A DNA stretch of 46,962 bases, taken from an uncultured Eubacteriales bacterium. GTDB lineage: Bacteria; Bacillota; Clostridia; Christensenellales; UBA1242. The DNA is taken from NCBI GenBank assembly GCA_949841245.1, contig CATKYT010000005.1, forward strand, positions 1 to 46,962. The letters run 5' to 3'. The translations under genes and the position numbers were made by a program. Of this stretch, positions 1-7,298 are shown one piece after another. The notes under the pieces were generated by a model. The model searched no databases. It was not told where the DNA came from and saw only the letters and a list, made by a program, of their open reading frames with translations. Positions within the stretch are counted from its first letter, which is position 1; every line of letters begins with the position of its first letter.

Positions 1-126
1 CCCGCTTATAATCCAAATCCAAACAGGTTTATGATAGCACATTGGGTTTTGACTGTGACAAAAACTTTTTGGTTTAACTCCCAAAAAATTGCCATTTAAA
101 TCAAATGTGTCAAAAAATTCTTCCAT
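1..126 (-). CDS. NUDIX/IPP-isomerase-like hydrolase, N-terminal part (runs off window)
   Basis: Hand translation MEEFFDTFDLNGNFLGVKPKSFCHSQNPMCYHKPVWIWIISG; GGAG RBS upstream; typical NUDIX/Idi N-terminus. Confidence 0.75.
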   Translation of the reverse strand, partial: MEEFFDTFDLNGNFLGVKPKSFCHSQNPMCYHKPVWIWIISG

Positions 127-144
127 GCTTTTCTCCAAAAAACT

Positions 145-966
145 TTAAACAACTATATTATTTTCAACAATTCTGTAAATTGTTTTGTGCTTTTTGTTTT
201 GACAAACAGATACATTTTCACCTTCATTAAAAAATTTATTACTGTAAGCAATCACTTTTTTTCCATCTAAATCAATTTTAATTTTATAAACAGTGCTTAA
301 AATTCGTGTTGTCATTTTGCTTTCCAAGTGATGTTTATATTCGTATTCCAATCTTGACATTGACCCTTTTGATATAGTTTTTTGAGCATATAAACAACAA
401 GCAATTACTTTTCCAGTTTGCAATGATTCAAATTCATCAATTTCAAATGGTTTAAGTGATTGTTTTTCACGGAATTTTGCCAACAACAAAACACCACAAA
501 TCAACAAAACTTGAGCTCCAAAAACAATTATGCCAGCAACTATATATTTCAAACAAATCAAAACAATGATTGCTGTAATTCCACTTAAAACCAATAAAAT
601 CAAAAACAAAATTTGCAATCTTTCCCAAATTGATGCCACCTTCCAAGCATGGCTTATATTGGCAAATTGATGAGTTCTTATATTTATATAATTGTCTAAG
701 CCTTGTGAATTATTAACTTCTTCCACCATTTCATTTTCAACTTTCTTTAAATCACTTCCATGCTTTTCAAGTTTTTCTTTGGTGTTTTGTTTTATAGTTT
801 TCAACAAATAAAAATCAATTAATATGACATACAATCCACAGCACACACCACCTAAAATAACCAGCCAAAGTATATTGTTAATTACACCAAAAGTAAGAAA
901 AACTATACTTTCAATCAGTATTGCAATTGCAATAAAAATAAGAAACTTTATCGAATTTTTTTGCAT
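145..966 (-). CDS. Hypothetical membrane protein (about 4 TM segments)
   Basis: 273-aa ORF, two hydrophobic hairpins, GAGGTG RBS. Confidence 0.75.
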   Translation of the reverse strand: MQKNSIKFLIFIAIAILIESIVFLTFGVINNILWLVILGGVCCGLYVILIDFYLLKTIKQNTKEKLEKHGSDLKKVENEMVEEVNNSQGLDNYINIRTHQFANISHAWKVASIWERLQILFLILLVLSGITAIIVLICLKYIVAGIIVFGAQVLLICGVLLLAKFREKQSLKPFEIDEFESLQTGKVIACCLYAQKTISKGSMSRLEYEYKHHLESKMTTRILSTVYKIKIDLDGKKVIAYSNKFFNEGENVSVCQNKKHKTIYRIVENNIVV

Positions 967-985
967 TTATCACCTCGTTTTTAAT

Positions 986-1744
986 CTAAACTTTATCGTT
1001 TTTATCTATATTTTGGTCTTGACTATTTTTTGTCAAAAATTCATCATTTTTAGGAGCACGCAACCAAAGAATGTTTTTAAAATCAAATTTAATTTTTCCG
1101 TTTTCTTTAATTATTCTGTTATAAATCCATAAAATGTAACCAATTGCAATAAAAATAACTACAAGTATGGTAACCCAAATTGTCACTCCGCCGTAACCAA
1201 GATTGTTTACATTAAGGAAGAAATAAGGATATTCAAAATTTGGAATACAAGCCCCTAAAATCATAATATACGCGACATAAATAAGTGGAATAATTGTGCT
1301 TAAAAGTGGAGCAAAAACAGAAACACTTTTTTTCTTTTCAAAAAGAATGTAATCCAGAATAAAAAGCACTGGTGCAATTACATGATAAGAAAGATTGCCA
1401 AGATTACGCCAAAAATCGGCTGAAAAAGGGTCACCTAACAAAATAATGTAAACAAGAAAAGTAACAAGAATCATAACAGTTGTTATAAATTTCAAGTTAT
1501 GTATTTTTTCATTATAACCTTCTTTTTCTCCTGCAAAAACTCTTTTCACATTGTGATAAAGCACAATAACTGATACCGCAAAAACAAAATAATTGGAAAT
1601 GTTTGTGTAATACTTTAAAAATTCCCAAGTAACATCGTTTGCACCTTGCCCAACATAAAAAATATCAAATGTCAACAGCACGCCCAATGCTGAAATGCAG
1701 CAAAGCACAATTCTGTAAATCATTTGAGTTGTTAAATTTTTCAT
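986..1744 (-). CDS. Pr6Pr/FAR-17a-AIG1-like integral membrane protein
   Basis: YYTNISN, HVIAP and YPYFFLN motifs; multiple TM helices; AGGAG RBS. Confidence 0.75.
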   Translation of the reverse strand: MKNLTTQMIYRIVLCCISALGVLLTFDIFYVGQGANDVTWEFLKYYTNISNYFVFAVSVIVLYHNVKRVFAGEKEGYNEKIHNLKFITTVMILVTFLVYIILLGDPFSADFWRNLGNLSYHVIAPVLFILDYILFEKKKSVSVFAPLLSTIIPLIYVAYIMILGACIPNFEYPYFFLNVNNLGYGGVTIWVTILVVIFIAIGYILWIYNRIIKENGKIKFDFKNILWLRAPKNDEFLTKNSQDQNIDKNDKV

Positions 1745-1777
1745 TCTTACTCCTTAAAATCAAATTTTAAAATTTAA

Positions 1778-1851
1778 TGGAGCGGGCAACGGGAGTCGAA
1801 CCCGTCTCTTAAGCTTGGGAAGCCCATATACTACCGATGTACTACGCCCGC
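1778..1851 (-). tRNA. tRNA-Gly (CCC)
   Basis: Reverse complement GCGGGCG..GGCTTCCCAAGC..GGTTCGACTCCC..GCCCGCTCCA: cloverleaf, anticodon CCC, U73 discriminator, encoded CCA. Confidence 0.95.
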
Positions 1852-2098
1852 AAAACTGAAATATTTTCAAGAAGTTTGAATTTTCTTTCAACACGATTGC
1901 AAAACAAAAATTATTTCAGCATTTCTGCCATTTTCTTGTGTTATACTCTAAGTTTTTCCATTTCTTCATTATAAAGATAGGGAAATGACACAAAGTGTGC
2001 CAAATCCTTATCATTTAAAAAATCAACATTTCACAATCATTTAATTGTAAATAAAGTAAATTTAAACTTTCAGATTGAAAATAAATCATTTATAAACT

Positions 2099-2494
2099 TC
2101 ATTCTTGAATGTTTGGTGGTGTAACAATTGGTCCTAAGATTGTGTGAGTAGTAAGATTTGTAATGTTGTTTGAAACATAAGCAGTCAAAATGCGAACAGG
2201 TTGACTGTTTTTAATGTATTCCTTTGGTGAAGAAAGTTTGGCAAATTCAATAGAATCAACAGGAATGTCAATGCTCATTGCAACAGACAACTTCATGATG
2301 TTTGCAGGGCTGATATTAAGTTTTCTTTCCAAAGTTACCTTGACAATTTCTTCTGTGATTTTTCTTACTTCAATTGTGTCTTCTGGTTTAATGTTTATCA
2401 TTGCGCTTTGTTGTGGAAGTGTCATTTTTTCAAACACAACTCTTTCAAGCATAGGTTTAACCAAATGTGGTTTAATAATGTTTTCTTGTTCCAT
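2099..2494 (-). CDS. Hypothetical protein, SecB-like chaperone fold suspected
   Basis: Start MEQENIIK after AGGAGA; beta-rich N-half; C-terminal ILTAYVSNNITNLTTHTILGPIVTPPNI resembles the SecB-family terminal helix and Pro-rich strand. Confidence 0.55.
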   Translation of the reverse strand: MEQENIIKPHLVKPMLERVVFEKMTLPQQSAMINIKPEDTIEVRKITEEIVKVTLERKLNISPANIMKLSVAMSIDIPVDSIEFAKLSSPKEYIKNSQPVRILTAYVSNNITNLTTHTILGPIVTPPNIQE

Positions 2495-2575
2495 AATATT
2501 TCTCCTGAAATATATATTAACATAATAAAAATAAAAAAACAACTAAGAGAAAAAATTTACAAAAAAAAGAACGAA

Positions 2576-3961
2576 TTAATCGTTCTTTTTATCTTTATCT
2601 GAATTTTCTTCATCCAATCTGTCAAGATATTTAATTTTTAAATTAACCTTTTTAACTCTGTGTCCGTCAATTTCTGTGACTGTGAAAAGCATGTCAATTT
2701 TGTTTTCTGTCAAGTTTCCTTCATCATCCAAAATTTCGTCTACAGTGGAATATTTATATTCCATTCCAATTTCAGGGACATCTTCGGAAAGTTCAAACAA
2801 GAAAGAGTTAACTGCTTGATATGGATTTTCTGGCAGATGTTCAATTTCAAGATTGTCAAACAAAACATCAACAGCCATGTCAGCATCAACAGTGTATTCA
2901 TCGTCACCAACAAGTTCCAAAAGTGGTTCTTTTTCGTCTTGGTCAGTTTCATCAAAAATTTCGCCAAAAATGGTTTCAATACAGTCTTCCATTGTCACAA
3001 TTCCTGAAACACCACCATTTTCATCCAACACAACTGCTAAATGTTTCTTGGCTTTTTGCATTTCTTTAATCAATGTGTCAACATTGGTGTTTTCTGCCGT
3101 GAAAAGTGGCTTTGTCATGATTTTCTGGATAAGAATTTTGTTTCCAGACGCTTTTGCATTGAAATAATCTTTAAAGTTTAAAAGTCCAACGACATTATCT
3201 GTGTTATCTTTATAAATAGGAATTCGGCTGTATAAGTGTTCTGTAAAAGCTTTTTCAATTTCTTCGTTTGTGGCATTTACATTCAAGAAAACAACATCCA
3301 CTCTGTGAGTCATAATGTCATGTGCTGTTGCTTCTTTCATTTTAAAAGTGCCTTGCAATATATCTGCTTCATCTTTTTCCAAAACACCTTCTTCTTGCAT
3401 GGTGTCAATGATGCTTTCCAGTTCACTTTCTGTCATTGTAACATTTGATGGGTCATCTTTGTGTCGAGTAAACAATTTTTGAATGCCATAAAAACAAATG
3501 ACAATTGGATAGGAAATTTTAAGGAAAAGATAAAGAATTAAAGACACTTTGATGGCAAACTTTTCAGGATGAATTTTGGCAATTGCTTTCGGCAAAATTT
3601 CACTTATAATCAAAATAATGATTGTCATCACAACAGTGTTTAAAATGTTTAAAAGTGTTGCTTCTTCAATAAACTGAGAAAGAAGCGAAGCACAAATTGT
3701 GGTTGCCAAAATGTTGACAAAGTTGTTGCCAACCAAAATAGTTGTCAAAAGTCTGTCAGAATGTTCTGATAAATAAAGAGCCTTTCTTGCACCTTTAACT
3801 TTGTTTTCTGCCATTGACCTTATACGGATAAGATTCATATAAGAATATGCAGTTTCACTTGCTGAAAAGAAAGCAGAACATGCCAAAAGAAAAACGATAA
3901 CAACAATTAAGACCACATGAACTGATGAAAATTGTGCCACTAAAAGTGTGCTCGGGTGCAT
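2576..3961 (-). CDS. Hemolysin-family/CNNM protein (DUF21-CBS-CorC), Mg/Co transport related
   Basis: SAFFSASETA, ILVGNNFVN, SEILPK motifs; CBS pair (YSRIPIY, VVLDENGGVSGIVTMED). Confidence 0.92.
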   Translation of the reverse strand: MHPSTLLVAQFSSVHVVLIVVIVFLLACSAFFSASETAYSYMNLIRIRSMAENKVKGARKALYLSEHSDRLLTTILVGNNFVNILATTICASLLSQFIEEATLLNILNTVVMTIIILIISEILPKAIAKIHPEKFAIKVSLILYLFLKISYPIVICFYGIQKLFTRHKDDPSNVTMTESELESIIDTMQEEGVLEKDEADILQGTFKMKEATAHDIMTHRVDVVFLNVNATNEEIEKAFTEHLYSRIPIYKDNTDNVVGLLNFKDYFNAKASGNKILIQKIMTKPLFTAENTNVDTLIKEMQKAKKHLAVVLDENGGVSGIVTMEDCIETIFGEIFDETDQDEKEPLLELVGDDEYTVDADMAVDVLFDNLEIEHLPENPYQAVNSFLFELSEDVPEIGMEYKYSTVDEILDDEGNLTENKIDMLFTVTEIDGHRVKKVNLKIKYLDRLDEENSDKDKKND

Positions 3962-3999
3962 TATAAAAACTCCTTTAAAAATAATTTTTGATGTTATGC

Positions 4000-4084
4000 A
4001 TTATAACACAAAATTTTACTTTTGTCTAATAATTTATGTTTTAAAACAAAATATATTGACAAAAAAGCATTTTTTTAGTATAAT
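4000..4084. promoter_or_regulatory. Divergent sigma-A promoters
   Basis: Plus: TTGACA(4056-4061)-17-TATAAT(4079-4084). Minus: TAGACA(4028-4023)-17-TATAAT(4005-4000) with extended TG. Confidence 0.8.
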
Positions 4085-4116
4085 CACAAAGTTTTTAAGC
4101 AGTTTTAGGAGAATAA

Positions 4117-4530
4117 ATGATTTATTTTAATGTAGATATGTTGGTTTCCATTTATATGTGTGAAACCGAAAAAAATTACATATGCATTGCCGACCTTGAA
4201 AAATTGACCACTCATGTAAATGAAAATATTTTTAAAGACAATTTAAATTTGACTGTTTTCTCATCAGAATTTTTTGTCGCCCAAATGCTTGACACACATC
4301 GTGACTTGTTTAAGAAAGAAAATGACACAATTCAACTTAAAGATGGAATTACTGCAACCAAACTTAAAAGAAGATTGACAAACTTTCTTGATGAACAGAA
4401 AGTTGTTGCACCTTTAAGAAAATATGTTCGAAGTTTTGAAAACAATTTAAACCAAAAGACAAAACCAGTTCAAACAAAAGTTGAAGCAAAAGAAACTCAA
4501 CCTAAGGTTAAAGAAAATGACAAACTGTAA
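4117..4530 (+). CDS. Hypothetical protein
   Basis: 137-aa ORF, AGGAGA RBS, consensus promoter upstream. Confidence 0.75.
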   Translation: MIYFNVDMLVSIYMCETEKNYICIADLEKLTTHVNENIFKDNLNLTVFSSEFFVAQMLDTHRDLFKKENDTIQLKDGITATKLKRRLTNFLDEQKVVAPLRKYVRSFENNLNQKTKPVQTKVEAKETQPKVKENDKL

Positions 4531-5356
4531 TCTTTGCCCAAGGCATTGCAATGTAGACAGAAATGTTGAAAAAGGATTTTGCAATGAAAACAAAACCTTG
4601 CGCATTGCCAAAATAATTGAAAATTTTGAATGGGAAGAACCTTGCATCACAGGAACAAAAGGAACTCTTGCCATTTTTTTCTCAGGTTGTAATTTGCGTT
4701 GTGATTATTGTCAGAATCATGAAATTTCAAGTGGGAATGTTGGAAAAACATATTCGATAGAAGAATTTTGCAAATTTATTGAAGAAAAACAAGGCAAACA
4801 TTCTTCTATAGATTTGGTTACCCCAACACATTTTTCATCCGCATTGAAAGATGCATTTTCCAAAATGGACATCAAAATCCCTGTTGTTTGGAACACAAAC
4901 GGTTTTGAAACAGAACAAAACATTGAAGAAGTAAGTGAATTTGTCGATGTTTTTTTAACAGATTTTAAATATTCTGATGACGAAATTGGCAGACAGTTTT
5001 CAAAATGCCAAAACTATTTTTCTATCGCTTTGCCAGCAATTAAAAAAATGTGTGACTTAAAGAAAGATGTTTTTAAAGATGAATTAATGCAACAAGGCGT
5101 TTTAATTCGTCACCTTGTTTTGCCTGACCATTTAGAAAATTCCATTAAAGTGTTGGATTACATCAAAGAAAATTTTGCCGAACGAAAAATAAGCATCATG
5201 AGCCAATTTACTCCAAATGGCAAAAGTAAATTAAATCGAAAACTTAAACCAATTGAATATAAAATGGTTTTGGCACATTTAGAAAAACTGGGGCTGAAAA
5301 ATGGCTATTTTCAAGACTGCAACAGTGCCAATGACATTTTTGTTCCAAAATTTTAG
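4517..5356 (+). CDS. Radical SAM protein, PflX-like (PFL-activating-enzyme-like)
   Basis: CNLCPRHC, WEEPCI, FFSGCNLRCDYCQN (CxxxCxxC), IRHLVLP motifs. Confidence 0.88.
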   Translation: MTNCNLCPRHCNVDRNVEKGFCNENKTLRIAKIIENFEWEEPCITGTKGTLAIFFSGCNLRCDYCQNHEISSGNVGKTYSIEEFCKFIEEKQGKHSSIDLVTPTHFSSALKDAFSKMDIKIPVVWNTNGFETEQNIEEVSEFVDVFLTDFKYSDDEIGRQFSKCQNYFSIALPAIKKMCDLKKDVFKDELMQQGVLIRHLVLPDHLENSIKVLDYIKENFAERKISIMSQFTPNGKSKLNRKLKPIEYKMVLAHLEKLGLKNGYFQDCNSANDIFVPKF

Positions 5357-5373
5357 ATTGCATTTCATTTTGT

Positions 5374-5402
5374 TTGACATAATTATTAAAAAAAATTATA
5401 AT
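5374..5402 (+). promoter_or_regulatory. Sigma-A promoter
   Basis: TTGACA-17-TATAAT. Confidence 0.8.
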
Positions 5403-5424
5403 CATATTAATTAAGGAGAGCAAA

Positions 5425-5721
5425 ATGATTAAGTCAGAAAAATTCTCACTTACACTAAGCATTTTCTTTTGTATAGCAACCTTGGTGTTTGTTTTACTTT
5501 ATTATTTTAATGTTTTTTCTCAACTTACCACTTTTCTGACAAGCATATATGTTTTATATTTCATTGGTCTTGCTGTGCTTTACAATGGCACTTTCAATAA
5601 AACTCGCGGAAACAATGTTGCCAGCAAAATTTGTTACACAATAAGTTCACTGTTCATTCTTGGTTCAACAGCTTTGCTTATATATGGTTTCATAAGTGGA
5701 CAAATAAGTTTATTCTATTAA
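5425..5721 (+). CDS. Small membrane protein (3 TM)
   Basis: 98 aa, hydrophobic; AAGGAG RBS; own promoter and terminator. Confidence 0.75.
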   Translation: MIKSEKFSLTLSIFFCIATLVFVLLYYFNVFSQLTTFLTSIYVLYFIGLAVLYNGTFNKTRGNNVASKICYTISSLFILGSTALLIYGFISGQISLFY

Positions 5722-5725
5722 AAAT

Positions 5726-5750
5726 AATCACCTTCTTGGTGATTTTTATT
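5726..5750 (+). terminator. Intrinsic terminator
   Basis: AATCACC-ttctt-GGTGATT followed by T-tract. Confidence 0.75.
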
Positions 5751-5766
5751 TTATTAAATAAGTATA

Positions 5767-5822
5767 TTGACACTTGTTTTGATTTATGCTATTATTAATC
5801 AGTAAGCGGGGGGGGGAAAAAA
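5767..5822 (+). promoter_or_regulatory. Sigma-A promoter plus G9 tract at the RBS position
   Basis: TTGACA-17-TATTAT with extended TG; G9 at 5808-5816, then A6, then ATG. Confidence 0.7.
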
Positions 5823-6422
5823 ATGAATTTTAAAGAATTAAGACAAACTGCTGAATATTATGAATATCTTAAAATGCAGAAAAATGCCGACTTAAAAACT
5901 AAAAAACAATTAGTTTATCTTAAAAATGAGTTAAACAAATATATACATCTTTTTTATATTTCTCCAAAAGAATATAAAAATGCTTTAACAGAATATTTTA
6001 AATCTTTGGGAAAAACAGTGAAGTTTATAACCGAGGAAAAAACTAGTAAATATACTGTTACTGAACTTTACATAATTTCTATATTTGCAGAAAAATTTAG
6101 TCCAAATCCAGAAAAAAGATATACATGGAAAACACAGGAATTTGCAAAAAATGAAGAAAGAAGACCTTCAAAAGTTAATCTTGCGTTTGAATTATTTTAT
6201 TGCCAAGGTAAAACTTCTCTTTTTATTGAAAATAAAGGTTTAAAAGAAGTTTATTGGAATTTGGTAAAAGAAAATTGCAAACAAAAATTTAGGTTACAAG
6301 GATTAACACATATAAATTCAAAAACTGGTAAACGCGAATATGATAAATTTAATCCTAGTAAAACAGATTTAAGTAATTTACAAAAACCAGATACATCAAA
6401 CATAAACATTAAAATTTCATAA
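5823..6422 (+). CDS. Hypothetical protein (AT-rich orphan)
   Basis: 199-aa Lys-rich ORF with own promoter and terminator. Confidence 0.7.
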   Translation: MNFKELRQTAEYYEYLKMQKNADLKTKKQLVYLKNELNKYIHLFYISPKEYKNALTEYFKSLGKTVKFITEEKTSKYTVTELYIISIFAEKFSPNPEKRYTWKTQEFAKNEERRPSKVNLAFELFYCQGKTSLFIENKGLKEVYWNLVKENCKQKFRLQGLTHINSKTGKREYDKFNPSKTDLSNLQKPDTSNINIKIS

Positions 6423-6428
6423 AATAAT

Positions 6429-6456
6429 AAAACATCTTTTATTAAGATGTTTTTTT
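6429..6456. terminator. Bidirectional intrinsic terminator
   Basis: AAAACATCTT-ttatt-AAGATGTTTT between convergent genes. Confidence 0.75.
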
Positions 6457-7033
6457 ATAATCTCTTTGTTGTGTCTTTATCTACAAAACAGAAATGTTCA
6501 TTTTTTACTTTTACGCAATATGTTTTATTTTCTGTGAGAAACTTACCGCGATAAAATATTTTTGCAGACTTAACTTCGCTTTGCCCCACTTCTTTATATT
6601 TAATGTCATAGAAACTGTAACCCATGATGTTTAAAAGTGGATTGATGAAATAAAGAGAATTGTTTATATAAACAATGCCAATCATGATAAGCACCAAAAT
6701 ATACACACAATAGGCACTTACAAAAGAAAGTTCCAGCGGAATGGCAAAGAAAACAAAAAGAGAAAAATAACCTAAGAAATGTTTATCTGTGATGTTTTCC
6801 TTTGAAATTATTTCAATTTCCACAGATTTTTCAGAAGAAAAGTTGATATTCCATATAAGTCCAACAACCCCCAAAATAATCAAAGCCAAAAGTGTGGAAA
6901 AATTTAAAGTATTTAAAATGTTGAAAGACAAATTATTGTTGATTATTTCCACAATAAGTTTGACAAACACCAAAATATACATTGGCACAAAAGCACTTAT
7001 ATAAAGCAATAAATTTTTAAATAAATTTTTCAT
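6455..7033 (-). CDS. 4-TM membrane protein resembling KwaA (Kiwa anti-phage system)
   Basis: LLYISAFVP N-terminus, FLGYFSLFVFF, IGIVYINNSLYFINPLLNIMGYSFY pattern recalled from the KwaA family. Confidence 0.55.
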   Translation of the reverse strand: MKNLFKNLLLYISAFVPMYILVFVKLIVEIINNNLSFNILNTLNFSTLLALIILGVVGLIWNINFSSEKSVEIEIISKENITDKHFLGYFSLFVFFAIPLELSFVSAYCVYILVLIMIGIVYINNSLYFINPLLNIMGYSFYDIKYKEVGQSEVKSAKIFYRGKFLTENKTYCVKVKNEHFCFVDKDTTKRL

Positions 7034-7215
7034 AAAGTTATTTTGCGAAAAAATATTAAAAATAATTAAATAATTAAATAAATTAATTTAAAAATAATTA
7101 ATTATTATTTTTGAAATAATTATTATGCCCTATTTTAGGCGTTTCCAGCGATTTTTAAATTAATTTATTTTTTGTTTAAAAATTAAAACCTTTTTATATG
7201 TTTAATTTATTAAAT

Positions 7216-7243
7216 AATATTTATAATATATATTATATTAAAT
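7216..7243. other. dif/Xer-like 28-bp site, or palindromic operator
   Basis: AATATTTATAA-TATATA-TTATATTAAAT; right arm is one mismatch from the XerD arm TTATGTTAAAT. Confidence 0.35.
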
Positions 7244-7247
7244 TGTT

Positions 7248-7275
7248 TTGAATTTATTTTTCTTTGTGATAAAAT
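7248..7275 (+). promoter_or_regulatory. Probable sigma-A promoter of the giant surface protein
   Basis: TTGAAT-16-TAAAAT with extended TG. Confidence 0.55.
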
Positions 7276-7298
7276 AATTTTGAAATGGAGAGGGTGTT

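Noticed and set aside
1778-1851. tRNA-Gly as the attachment site of an integrated element
   Set aside because: No integrase and no duplicated tRNA 3' end noticed in the window
7034-7298. Replication origin in the AT-rich spacer
   Set aside because: No DnaA boxes (TTATCCACA) seen and no dnaA/dnaN nearby
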